Origin: a bacterium
GTDB lineage: Bacteria > Hydrothermota > Tepidihabitantia > Tepidihabitantales > Tepidihabitantaceae
Direction of reading: 5' to 3'
DNA length: 13,485 nucleotides
Assembly (NCBI GenBank): GCA_046485285.1
Contig: JAWOHE010000076.1
Coordinates: 1 to 13,485 of the forward strand
A model generated the notes under the pieces. That model did not search any database, was not told where the DNA came from, and was given only the letters and a program-made list of their open reading frames with translations. The position numbers and the translations under genes are program-made. This document shows positions 6,448 to 13,485 of this stretch, piece by piece. Position 1 is the stretch's first letter; each line of letters starts with the position of its first letter.

Positions 6448-8412
6448 CTATTCCACGACCAGCTTGCTCGACAGCGACTGCCCGGCAGTCACGAGCCGGC
6501 AGAAGTACACGCCGCTCGCGACCCGGCCGCCCTGCCCGTCGGCAAGGTCCCAGCTCAGGCTCCGGACGCCCGGCTCGGCCCGGCCCTCAAACAGCGACCG
6601 CACCAGCCGGCCGTTCGCGTCGTAGATCCCGACGCTGACCTCGCCCGCGAGCACGACGCCATAGCTCACCGCCGCCTGCCGCCGGACCGGGTTCGGCCCG
6701 GTCTCCAGCGTGACGTTCAGCGCCGGCCGGAACGGGTCGAACTCCTCGGCCCCGACCGAGCCCGCCGCGTAGTGCAGGGCGTTCCGGAACACCAGCGCCC
6801 AATCGCCGGCCCGCTCCGGGACGGTGTAGACGCCCGGGTAGCTGTTCACGCCCACGACCTTCATATTGGCGCTGACCGCGACGTACGGCCGGCCGTCGTT
6901 CCAGCGTGCCACCGAGTCCGTGCTGACGAACTGCGAGCCGCCGGCAAAGTACTCGGCGACCCCGCTGACGCCCGCCATCACCGGGTGGCCGGCGTTGTGC
7001 CAGCCCAGCGTCGTCGCCTGGTGGGTGTTGGAGCCGACGCTGATGGTCGCGTAGTCGCCGGTTATTATCCGGCCGGCTATTCCCCAGCCGGTGGCGAAAC
7101 TGAAGTGGCCGAGGACCACCCCGCCGCCCGCGTCAACGTAGTCGGCCAGCACGTTGCCGAGCGCGGTCGCGTTCCCGTACGTGTAGTTCGAGTGCGCGCC
7201 GACCGCGGCATAGGGCAGGAGGTCGGCGAGCGTCGGCGTCGCGGACTGGACGTCCATGTAGGTCAGCGTGTCGCCCAGCGCGCGCAGCCGCCAGCCCAGC
7301 GTCGTGTCCGGGTCGTCGTAATCCGAGTACAGCCAGAGGAAGTGGGGCGACGGCGGCGCGCCCAGGTTCGTCACCTGCACCGTGTCGGTCGGACTGAAAC
7401 CGCCGGTCGAGCCGCCATAGACGTGCGCGTCGCCGTTCGCCGCGCCCGCGCCCGCGGTCCGGTACACCCGGAGCGGCATCCCGTCCTCGGCCGACCAGGT
7501 CCGCGCCGCGAAATCGAAGTAGAAGGCAGTGTCGGACAGCAGGAAGCCTGCGTCAACCCCCGACGCGACGAACATCTTGCTGCCGGCCTGCCCGCCGGCC
7601 GCGCCCCAGCGCGACACCGGCAGTTGCGGGAACACCGAGTTGTTCACGGTCCAGACGTTGGCGACCGGGTCGTAAAACTCGGAGTGGGTCAGCCCGACGT
7701 TGTTGGCGATTCCGGCCGTGACCCAGATCGTGTCCCGGTAGACCGCCGCGTTGGCGAATACCCGGCCCTGGTTCATGTCCGCCTTCTGCGACCAGCCCGC
7801 GCCCGGCGTGTAGCACCAGACCTGGCGGGTCGGATTGTCCGCGCCCGGCGCGGCACAGCCGCTGATGTAGTACAGCTTCCCGGCGCAGGCGACCACTGTC
7901 GGCGACCAGTTGTAGGGGGTCCCGGCGAAGGGTCCGGGCGCCGACGTCCAACTGTTGCCGCTGATGCTGTACTTGAACAGCGTGTCGGCGGTCGTGCTCA
8001 TCTCGTGATAGCCGCCGCAGTAGTAGAACGTGTCGCCGATGACCGCCGCGCCGCCGGTCGTCAGCCACATCGGGCACTGGGTCAGCGTCTCCCAGGTCGT
8101 GCTCCCGATTGCGTGCCGGTAGAACACCCGGCCGACGGTATACCCGGCCGCGACATAGACGTGGCTTGCGCTCGCCGCCGCGACGTGGTCCATCATCCGG
8201 TTGGGCATTTCGCTGTGAATCGTCCACGCATCGGTCCCGCCCCCGGCCGGCGCCGTGCCCCAGAAATAGTCCTCGGAGCCGGGCAGGCCGGTGTAGAGCT
8301 TGACCCTCACCGGCTGCGGCTCGCGCTCGCCGGTCGGGTCGGTCGCCGGGAACCCGGCGAATGCCGCCCCGGCCACAAGGGCCAGGACCAGGACGACTAC
8401 GGTTGTCCTCAT
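6448..8412 (-). CDS. Secreted Kelch-repeat protein with C-terminal FlgD-Ig/T9SS-A-like sorting domain
   Basis: Signal peptide MRTTVVVLVLALVAGAAFA. About six Kelch-like blades (YV.AG, YY.GG, KLYYISG, W...ADMNQGR, EFYDPVANVW). Tail GPNP...IYD.NGRLVRSL...WD..D..G.RVASGVYFCRL...KLVV. AAAGGAG RBS. Confidence 0.88.
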   Translation of the reverse strand: MRTTVVVLVLALVAGAAFAGFPATDPTGEREPQPVRVKLYTGLPGSEDYFWGTAPAGGGTDAWTIHSEMPNRMMDHVAAASASHVYVAAGYTVGRVFYRHAIGSTTWETLTQCPMWLTTGGAAVIGDTFYYCGGYHEMSTTADTLFKYSISGNSWTSAPGPFAGTPYNWSPTVVACAGKLYYISGCAAPGADNPTRQVWCYTPGAGWSQKADMNQGRVFANAAVYRDTIWVTAGIANNVGLTHSEFYDPVANVWTVNNSVFPQLPVSRWGAAGGQAGSKMFVASGVDAGFLLSDTAFYFDFAARTWSAEDGMPLRVYRTAGAGAANGDAHVYGGSTGGFSPTDTVQVTNLGAPPSPHFLWLYSDYDDPDTTLGWRLRALGDTLTYMDVQSATPTLADLLPYAAVGAHSNYTYGNATALGNVLADYVDAGGGVVLGHFSFATGWGIAGRIITGDYATISVGSNTHQATTLGWHNAGHPVMAGVSGVAEYFAGGSQFVSTDSVARWNDGRPYVAVSANMKVVGVNSYPGVYTVPERAGDWALVFRNALHYAAGSVGAEEFDPFRPALNVTLETGPNPVRRQAAVSYGVVLAGEVSVGIYDANGRLVRSLFEGRAEPGVRSLSWDLADGQGGRVASGVYFCRLVTAGQSLSSKLVVE

Positions 8413-8504
8413 TGCCTCTCCTTTGCCGCGTGTGCGGCGTCTGCGGACCGCGGATTCTTTTCCGGGTGCGACGAAGCGGACCCTCGCCGTTCACCCATAG
8501 TGAA

Positions 8505-8534
8505 GTTATACTCCATAACCGACCCGGCTGTCAA
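8505..8534 (-). promoter_or_regulatory. Putative sigma70 promoter of the Kelch-protein gene
   Basis: TTGACA-N18-TATAAC on the - strand, about 90 nt upstream of ATG 8412. Confidence 0.55.
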
Positions 8535-8601
8535 GCGGCAATTCGGGCTTGCGTGTCCTGCCACTCGTGCCGACTCCGGGCCGCGCCGCCAACCTGCCCG
8601 G

Positions 8602-8635
8602 AAGAAGAGAGAACCGCCCGTCACCAGCCGGGCGG
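8602..8635 (-). terminator. Putative intrinsic terminator (riboswitch expression platform)
   Basis: CCGCCCG-N8-CGGGCGG stem followed by UUCUCUCUUCUU on the - strand, 11 nt after the aptamer. Confidence 0.6.
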
Positions 8636-8646
8636 AACACTCGAAA

Positions 8647-8775
8647 GAAGGCTTGTCTTTGCGAGGGCCCCTGGCCCTCACCGCATTGGGACCCGACCTT
8701 CGGGTCCCGGCACCGTGGCGCCTTCAAGCCCGGTTGCCGTGCCCGCGGCTATAGTCCGCGAGCCTCTCCCCATGC
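8647..8775 (-). ncRNA. SAM-I/IV-variant (SAM-I clan) riboswitch aptamer
   Basis: Hand folding gives P1 GCAU(8775-8772)/AUGC(8686-8683); J1/2 GGGAG; P2 GCUCGCGG/CCGCGGGC; P3 core GGCAACC(8738-8732)...GGUGCC(8714-8709); P4 GGGACCCGA/UCGGGUCCC; P5 GAGGGCC/GGCCCUC. The 3' tail GCCUUC(8652-8647) is complementary to the P3 loop GAAGGC(8725-8720), matching the PK-2 pseudoknot that defines SAM-IV and SAM-I/IV. Confidence 0.8.
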
Positions 8776-8781
8776 ACCGAT

Positions 8782-8809
8782 ATTGTACCGCAACCGGCGG
8801 TGATGTCAA
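8782..8809 (-). promoter_or_regulatory. Near-consensus sigma70 promoter driving the riboswitch transcript
   Basis: TTGACA-N16-TACAAT. The predicted TSS (about 8775-8777) coincides with the first P1 nucleotide. Confidence 0.7.
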
Positions 8810-8815
8810 CCGCGC

Positions 8816-10324
8816 CTAGGCCGCGAACAGGCTGTGGCTGGAGAACTGGGGGTCGCTGGTCAGGTTCACACCGAGCTTGCGCAGGCCCTCCTCGTCCCCC
8901 GGGGTGGGGATGTGGGTGCTGTGAACCTCGCAGCCCCGCAGGTGCTGGAGCTGTTCCAGCGCCAGCTTCGCGGTCGGGTTGGTGGTGGCGCTGACACTCA
9001 GCGCGACCAGGGTTTCCGCGAGGTCGAGGCTGGCCGCGGCCTTCTTGAGGATGTGGCGGTCGAGGCTGGCGATCGCCTCGATGACCGCGGGCGAGAGCAG
9101 GTGAAGCTGGTCCGGCAGGCCGGCCAACTGTTTGGCGGCGTTGAGCACCAGGCTCGAGGCGGCGTGCATCTGCGGTGAGTTCTTGCCGGTGACAATGGTG
9201 CCGTCGGGCAACTGGATGGCGGTGCCGCAGAAAATGCCCTCGTGTCCCTTCCCCGTCGCCTGGGCTTCCGCCGCGGCCCGGCGCGCGGGCTCGACCACCG
9301 CCCGGTCCTCGGGCGCGAGCCCGAGCTCCCGCAGGAGCAGTTCCGACTTCTGGACCGTCTCCCGGCTCACGAAACCCATCACGTGCTCGCACCGGTACCG
9401 GAAGTACCGCCGGATGACCTCCTGCCGCGCCGCCTCCTGCACCGCCTCGTCGTCAATGATGCCGAAACCGGCCCGGTTCACGCCCATGTCGGTCGGCGAC
9501 TTGTACCGGTGGTCGCCGGTTATCCGGTTCAGGATCCGGCTGAGCACCGGGAAGACCTCGACGTCGCGGTTGTAGTTCACCGCGGTCTCGCCGTAGGCCT
9601 CGAGGTGGAACGGGTCGATGACGTTGCGGTCGTCGAGGTCGGCGGTCGCCGCCTCGTAGGCGACGTTCACCGGGTGCTTGAGCGGGATGCTCCAGACCGG
9701 GAACGTCTCGAACTTGGCGTAGCCCGACTTCACCCCCCGCCGGTGGTCGTGGTAGAGCTGGGACAGGCAGGTCGCCAGCTTGCCGCTCCCCGGCCCCGGC
9801 CCGGTCACCACCACCAGCCGCTTGTCGGTCTCGATGTAGCTGTTCGCGCCGTAGCCCTCGTCGCTGACGATCGTGTCGACGTCGGTCGGGTAGCCATTCG
9901 TGTAGCGGTGGGTGTGGACGCTCACGCCCCGGTGCTCGAGCTTGCTCTTGAAGACCGTCGCGGCCGGCTGGCCGTCGAACCGGGTGATGACCACGGCGGT
10001 CACCAGCAGGCCCTGCGCCTTCAGGTCGTCGATGAGCTTGAGCGCGTCCGCGTCGTAGGTGATGCCGAAGTCGGCCCGGATCTTCCGGCGTTCGATGTCG
10101 CCGGCGTGGATGCAGAGGATGATGTCGGCCTCGTCCCGCAACTGCCGCAGCAGCTCCATCTTGACGTTGGGGTCGAACCCGGGCAGGACGCGCGCCGCGT
10201 GGTAGTCAAAGACCAGCTTGCCGCCCAGCTCGAGGTACAGCTTCGTCCCGAACTCGGCCACGCGCTCGTGGATCGCCGCGGCCTGCTCGGCGAGGTACTT
10301 CCGGTTGTCGAAGCCGGTCTTCAT
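8816..10324 (-). CDS. DUF1846 (UPF0371) family P-loop protein
   Basis: N-terminus MKTGFDN.KYL..Q, KLYLE.GGKL..D.HAARVLPGFDPN, Walker-A-like GPGPGSGKLATC, GYAKFETFP, HPVNVAYEAATADL, YKSPTDMGVN. Confidence 0.92.
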   Translation of the reverse strand: MKTGFDNRKYLAEQAAAIHERVAEFGTKLYLELGGKLVFDYHAARVLPGFDPNVKMELLRQLRDEADIILCIHAGDIERRKIRADFGITYDADALKLIDDLKAQGLLVTAVVITRFDGQPAATVFKSKLEHRGVSVHTHRYTNGYPTDVDTIVSDEGYGANSYIETDKRLVVVTGPGPGSGKLATCLSQLYHDHRRGVKSGYAKFETFPVWSIPLKHPVNVAYEAATADLDDRNVIDPFHLEAYGETAVNYNRDVEVFPVLSRILNRITGDHRYKSPTDMGVNRAGFGIIDDEAVQEAARQEVIRRYFRYRCEHVMGFVSRETVQKSELLLRELGLAPEDRAVVEPARRAAAEAQATGKGHEGIFCGTAIQLPDGTIVTGKNSPQMHAASSLVLNAAKQLAGLPDQLHLLSPAVIEAIASLDRHILKKAAASLDLAETLVALSVSATTNPTAKLALEQLQHLRGCEVHSTHIPTPGDEEGLRKLGVNLTSDPQFSSHSLFAA

Positions 10325-10371
10325 CCGGCCGGGGGGACCGGCGCGGCCGCTGGCTGACTCATCGCGCCATA

Positions 10372-10400
10372 GTGATACCCGAAACCCGCCCGCCTGTCAA
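10372..10400 (-). promoter_or_regulatory. Putative sigma70 promoter of DUF1846 gene
   Basis: TTGACA-N17-TATCAC on the - strand. Confidence 0.5.
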
Positions 10401-10541
10401 AAACCCGCGCCCGCGTCCGCGGCCCGGGCAGTCGCCGATCCTCGCGCTCCCCGCCGGCCGGCTGGCCCGCGACAAGCGCGGGGCCTCTGCCCCGCGCGAG
10501 ACACGGAATCCTGCGTGGCCCGGACCCGGGCCCCGGTTCTA

Positions 10542-10598
10542 TCAGCCGCAGAACAACAACGCGGCCACAAGCACGACGAACACCAGCCACTGCCGCAT
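10542..10598 (-). CDS. Putative 18-aa hydrophobic peptide (MRQWLVFVVLVAALLFCG) or truncated signal-peptide remnant
   Basis: GGAAGGAG RBS (10604-10611) 5 nt upstream of ATG 10598. It ends in tandem stops TGA TAG. Confidence 0.45.
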   Translation of the reverse strand: MRQWLVFVVLVAALLFCG

Positions 10599-10656
10599 GC
10601 CTGCTCCTTCCTGCGCGGGACGTCCCTCCCGCGCGTTCCTGCCATTGACGCTCATC

Positions 10657-11337
10657 TCAGGCCCGGCGCCACCTCAGCCAGACCAGCCCGCGCCCGAGCC
10701 GCTCGACCGCCGCGAGCCGCATCGGCGCGGCCCGCCCCAGCCGCGCGCAGAAATCCACCCCGCCCGCGCCCGCGACCACCGGGTGCACCACGAGGCTCAC
10801 CTCGCTCGCCAGCCCGGCCGCCAGCAGGGCGCCGTTCAGCGTCCCGCCGCTGTCCGAACGCACCGTCCGCGCCCCGTACTCATCGGCAAGGGCCCGGAGC
10901 GCGGCCCTGAGGTCAACCCGCTCCCGACCCGCGACGATGCAGTCCACCCGGCCCGCGCGCAGGTAATCGAAGTACGGCGCCGGGGTCCGGCGCGAGCACA
11001 GCGCGACCGCGTCCCGCCAGAACCCGGCCCGGCGCAGGGCCTGCCAGCACCGCACCCGGCCCCGGCTGTCGGCGATGACCAGCAGCGGCCGCCGGTCCCC
11101 GGGCTCCGGCCGCCAGTCACCGGCTCCGGCCCTTTCCCGCCTCCGCCCCTCGGGCGCGGCGAGAATCGTACCGCTCCCGCACAGCGTCGCGTCCTCCTGC
11201 CAGGTCCCGGCCAACCGGTAGTACTGCTCCATGTCAACCTCGAACCCGGTCAGCCTGCCGTCGATGCTGACCGCGTTGTGGATGATGACCTTCATCCCGC
11301 TCCTCGCGGCTTCCCCGGCCCGCGCCCTCGCGCTCAT
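10657..11337 (-). CDS. RibD C-terminal domain (dihydrofolate-reductase-like / pyrimidine reductase) protein
   Basis: VIIHNAVSIDGRL, DATLCGSGT, VIADSRGR, VDL.AAL..L, R.DSGG.LNGALL.AGL..EVSLVVHP. The start is either ATG 11337 (ATGA overlap with the upstream gene) or in-frame ATG 11295. The ORF-track extension to 11772 overlaps the protease gene. Confidence 0.88.
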   Translation of the reverse strand: MSARARAGEAARSGMKVIIHNAVSIDGRLTGFEVDMEQYYRLAGTWQEDATLCGSGTILAAPEGRRRERAGAGDWRPEPGDRRPLLVIADSRGRVRCWQALRRAGFWRDAVALCSRRTPAPYFDYLRAGRVDCIVAGRERVDLRAALRALADEYGARTVRSDSGGTLNGALLAAGLASEVSLVVHPVVAGAGGVDFCARLGRAAPMRLAAVERLGRGLVWLRWRRA

Positions 11338-12272
11338 TCCTCCTCCGCGTCCGCCCGCGGCTTCTCCCTGCTCCTGAGGTACAGTCTGCCCCCCGCGTAG
11401 TCGTAGACCGTGTTCAGCCGCGAGAGCAGGCCGTTGCACACCACCGCGTCCGCGCCCGGCTGTTTCGACCGCGCCTCGTCCGGCGCGAACGCCACCGCGA
11501 CGTCCTCGAACCGGAACCCGCCCAGCTCCAACAACGCGGCCCGGCCCTGCCAGCCGTGGATGTCGCCGCTCAGGCCCCGACCGAGGTGGAAAGGCGCGAG
11601 CCCTTCCGGCATCGCGACCTTCGCGCCCTCCCGGACCAGAAACACCACCTCGTCCCTCGCCGCGAGGTCGATGTAGCAGTCCAGCTCCACCGGCTCCTCG
11701 CCGCCGATGCTCGCCCGGAGCTTCACCCACGGCATGTTGTTCTTGCGCAGTTCCATCGGCACGACGGTCCACGACGAATCCGGCGCGAAACTTCCCGGCT
11801 CGTGCAGGACGATCACCGACCGGTCGTAGTCCAGCTCCACCACCCAGTGCCCGAACAGCGAGTAGCCCATCACCCCGTCGCTCGAGAACCCGGACATCGA
11901 GCCATCAACGAGCCACACCACCCGCTGGCGCATGAACTCGATCGCGCCGGACCGGAACGACGCCGACTCGGCCATCACGCCCCGCGCCGGCTCGCCCGAC
12001 CCGGCCCCGGGAATCCGCACCTCGTACAGCGGCCCGGGAACCGCCGACTCGGGCAGGGGCTCGTACAACAGCACCCCGTCGAAGCTCATCCCGGTGTCCA
12101 GCCGGAGCCTGAGGACCCGCGACTCCCCGACCTGCACCGGCACCAGCACCCCGCCGCCGGCCGACTCGAACGGAATCTCGCGTCCCGCGCCGCCCGCGGC
12201 GGGCGCGACCCGCGGCGCGCACGACAACAGCGCCGCGACCAGCGCCGCGAACGCAATCCGACCATAACGCAT
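11334..12272 (-). CDS. Retropepsin-like aspartyl protease family lipoprotein
   Basis: AAAGGAG RBS before ATG 12272. Lipobox-like LLS-C, LRLDTG motif, DGVMGYSLF...VELDY, and a second repeat YIDLA...G..AVVCNGLL...VYDY. Confidence 0.8.
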   Translation of the reverse strand: MRYGRIAFAALVAALLSCAPRVAPAAGGAGREIPFESAGGGVLVPVQVGESRVLRLRLDTGMSFDGVLLYEPLPESAVPGPLYEVRIPGAGSGEPARGVMAESASFRSGAIEFMRQRVVWLVDGSMSGFSSDGVMGYSLFGHWVVELDYDRSVIVLHEPGSFAPDSSWTVVPMELRKNNMPWVKLRASIGGEEPVELDCYIDLAARDEVVFLVREGAKVAMPEGLAPFHLGRGLSGDIHGWQGRAALLELGGFRFEDVAVAFAPDEARSKQPGADAVVCNGLLSRLNTVYDYAGGRLYLRSREKPRADAEEE

Positions 12273-12294
12273 GCTGACTCCTTTCAGGCCCGCA

Positions 12295-12322
12295 ATGGTA
12301 GTCCGGCCCGGCAGGCTGTCAA
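12295..12322 (-). promoter_or_regulatory. Putative sigma70 promoter of protease-RibD_C operon
   Basis: TTGACA-N16-TACCAT on the - strand. Confidence 0.6.
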
Positions 12323-12491
12323 CGGGCGGCAAGACCGCGCCGGGCTCAGCCCGGGCGGACGATGTCGGTGAAGACGGCGAGCAGGGCCCGGAGGGGTACT
12401 GCGTCCTCGCAGTGCAGGCACTCACGTCGAACGCGAAATCTGAAGTCCCTCTCCGGCTCCTGGTTCAGCCCTCCACTCCATCCGTCTTCCC

Positions 12492-12520
12492 TTGACTTCT
12501 CCTTCACCCGGCCCCAGAAT
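12492..12520 (+). promoter_or_regulatory. Putative sigma70 promoter of hicBA
   Basis: TTGACT-N17-CAGAAT, 8 nt before ATG 12529. Confidence 0.55.
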
Positions 12521-12528
12521 CTAGCACG

Positions 12529-12771
12529 ATGCTGACTGACTACATCGCCGCCGCGATGCGGCGGGCGCGCTACGAGATTCTCGCCGACGACAAGTCCTTC
12601 TACGGCGAGATCCCCGGGTTCGAGGGCGTCTACGCCAACGCCGCCGACCTCGAGTCCTGCCGCGAGGAACTCGAAGGCACGCTCGAAGACTGGATTCTCT
12701 TCCGGGTATCGCGCCAGCTTCCCCTGCCCGAAGTCGAAGGCCTCCGGCTCGAAGTCATCGAAGTCGACTGA
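12529..12771 (+). CDS. hicB: Type II TA antitoxin, short HicB family
   Basis: MLTDYI.AAM..ARYEIL.DD..FYGEIPGF.GVYA....LE.CREEL...LEDWI...LP pattern of short HicB proteins. Coupled to hicA by TGATG. Confidence 0.88.
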   Translation: MLTDYIAAAMRRARYEILADDKSFYGEIPGFEGVYANAADLESCREELEGTLEDWILFRVSRQLPLPEVEGLRLEVIEVD

Positions 12772-12989
12772 TGCCGGCCTTCGGCCCCATCAGCCGCGCC
12801 GACATCATCCGCAACCTCCGCAGGCTCGGCTTCGCCGGACCCTGGTCCGGCGGCCGACACCAGTTCATGCTCCGTGACAAGGCCACCCTGACCCTGCCCA
12901 ACCCGCACTGCACCGACATCGGGCGCGAACTGCTTGCCCGCATCCTGCGCCAGGCCGGCGTCAGCCGCGAGGACTGGGAAGCGCTCTAG
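12771..12989 (+). CDS. hicA: Type II TA toxin, HicA family mRNA interferase
   Basis: 72 aa and basic. L.RLGF...GGRH.FM (catalytic His), PNPH..DIG..LL.RILRQAG. Confidence 0.9.
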   Translation: MPAFGPISRADIIRNLRRLGFAGPWSGGRHQFMLRDKATLTLPNPHCTDIGRELLARILRQAGVSREDWEAL

Positions 12990-13023
12990 CCCCCGCCGGG
13001 CGCGCCCCGCCCCCGCGCCTCGG

Positions 13024-13060
13024 GTAACTTCGACCGGGGCGCAGCGGAGTGGAGGAATCC
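13024..13060 (+). repeat. Degenerate REP-like short interspersed element
   Basis: GTAACTTCGACCGGGGCGCAGCGGAGTGGAGGAATCC resembles, from recall only, the GTCATTTCGACCG..GCG.AGCGGAGTGGAGAAATC class of extragenic repeats. It is single-copy in this window. Confidence 0.4.
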
Positions 13061-13278
13061 CTCTCCTCATTCTGCAGTCCGCGCTCTGCAATCTGACGTC
13101 CGGGGCCGCTTCTCCCCCATCCTCCTCTCCGGCCCCGACGCCGAAGCCATCCCGGCGGACCGCAATCAGCACCCCTGGGTCAAGGCCCTGGCTGGCTCAG
13201 TCGGGCAGAGGTCGCTCGCCGGCCCTGTTTTGGGCATCAAAACGTAAGTCACCCACCGGCCGAGCTTTGACGGCAGGG

Positions 13279-13485
13279 GGGGATATCCCCGGGGATATCC
13301 CCGGGGATATCCCCGGGACGGTCCCGGGGGCCGCCCCGGGGATGGTCCCAGGGGCCGCCCCGGGGATGGTCCCGGGAGCCGCCCCGGGGGCCGTCCCGGG
13401 GGCCGCCCCGGAGACCGCTCCGGGGGCCGTCCCGGGAGCCGCTCCGGGGACCGCTCCGGGGGCCGCTCCGGGGGCCGTCCCGGGG
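13279..13485. repeat. Tandem array of at least 17 degenerate 12-bp units, same family and orientation as 498-689 (runs off window)
   Basis: 3x GGGGATATCCCC (13279-13314), then GGGACGGTCCCG, GGGGCCGCCCCG, GGGATGGTCCCA ... GGGGCCGTCCCG. The 12-bp period is strict. Confidence 0.95.

Noticed and set aside
8647-8775. Alternative identities for the structured RNA (6S RNA, glycine, c-di-GMP, FMN, yybP riboswitches, tRNA)
   Set aside because: The multi-hairpin fold is not a 6S rod and it lacks those families' conserved motifs. GGCAACC/GGUGCC plus P5 and PK-2 fit SAM-I/IV.
10542-10544. Selenocysteine readthrough of the TGA after ...FCG
   Set aside because: The next codon is TAG and the downstream frame does not look coding.
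12346-12507. Short - strand frame ending ...RECLHCEDAVPLRALLAVFTDIVRPG* (CxxC)
   Set aside because: It has only a GTG start inside the hicBA promoter with no RBS. It may be a gene remnant but cannot be supported.

Overview
GC-rich bacterial DNA. The secreted Kelch protein with an FlgD-Ig/T9SS-like tail suggests an FCB-related lineage such as candidate division WOR-3, which is inference only. The window opens inside an IS481-family element (transposase N-terminus plus left end). It then carries a GNAT-TldD-PmbA/TldE operon (+), a convergent small-ORF/cupin/SagB-like nitroreductase unit (-), a stand-alone GMP-synthase ATP-pyrophosphatase-like gene (+), a Kelch-repeat secreted protein (-), a DUF1846 P-loop protein (-), a RibD-C reductase and aspartyl-protease lipoprotein pair (-), and a hicB-hicA toxin-antitoxin module (+). 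Two non-coding signals stand out. First, two direct-orientation arrays of 12-bp near-palindromic units (498-689 and 13279-end) both start with GGGGATATCCCC and share a conserved upstream leader at an identical distance. Second, a complete SAM-I/IV-type riboswitch with its own promoter and terminator (8602-8809, -) sits upstream of the Kelch protein gene rather than a methionine/SAM gene. Several unannotated small ORFs are also present, two of them with good RBSs.
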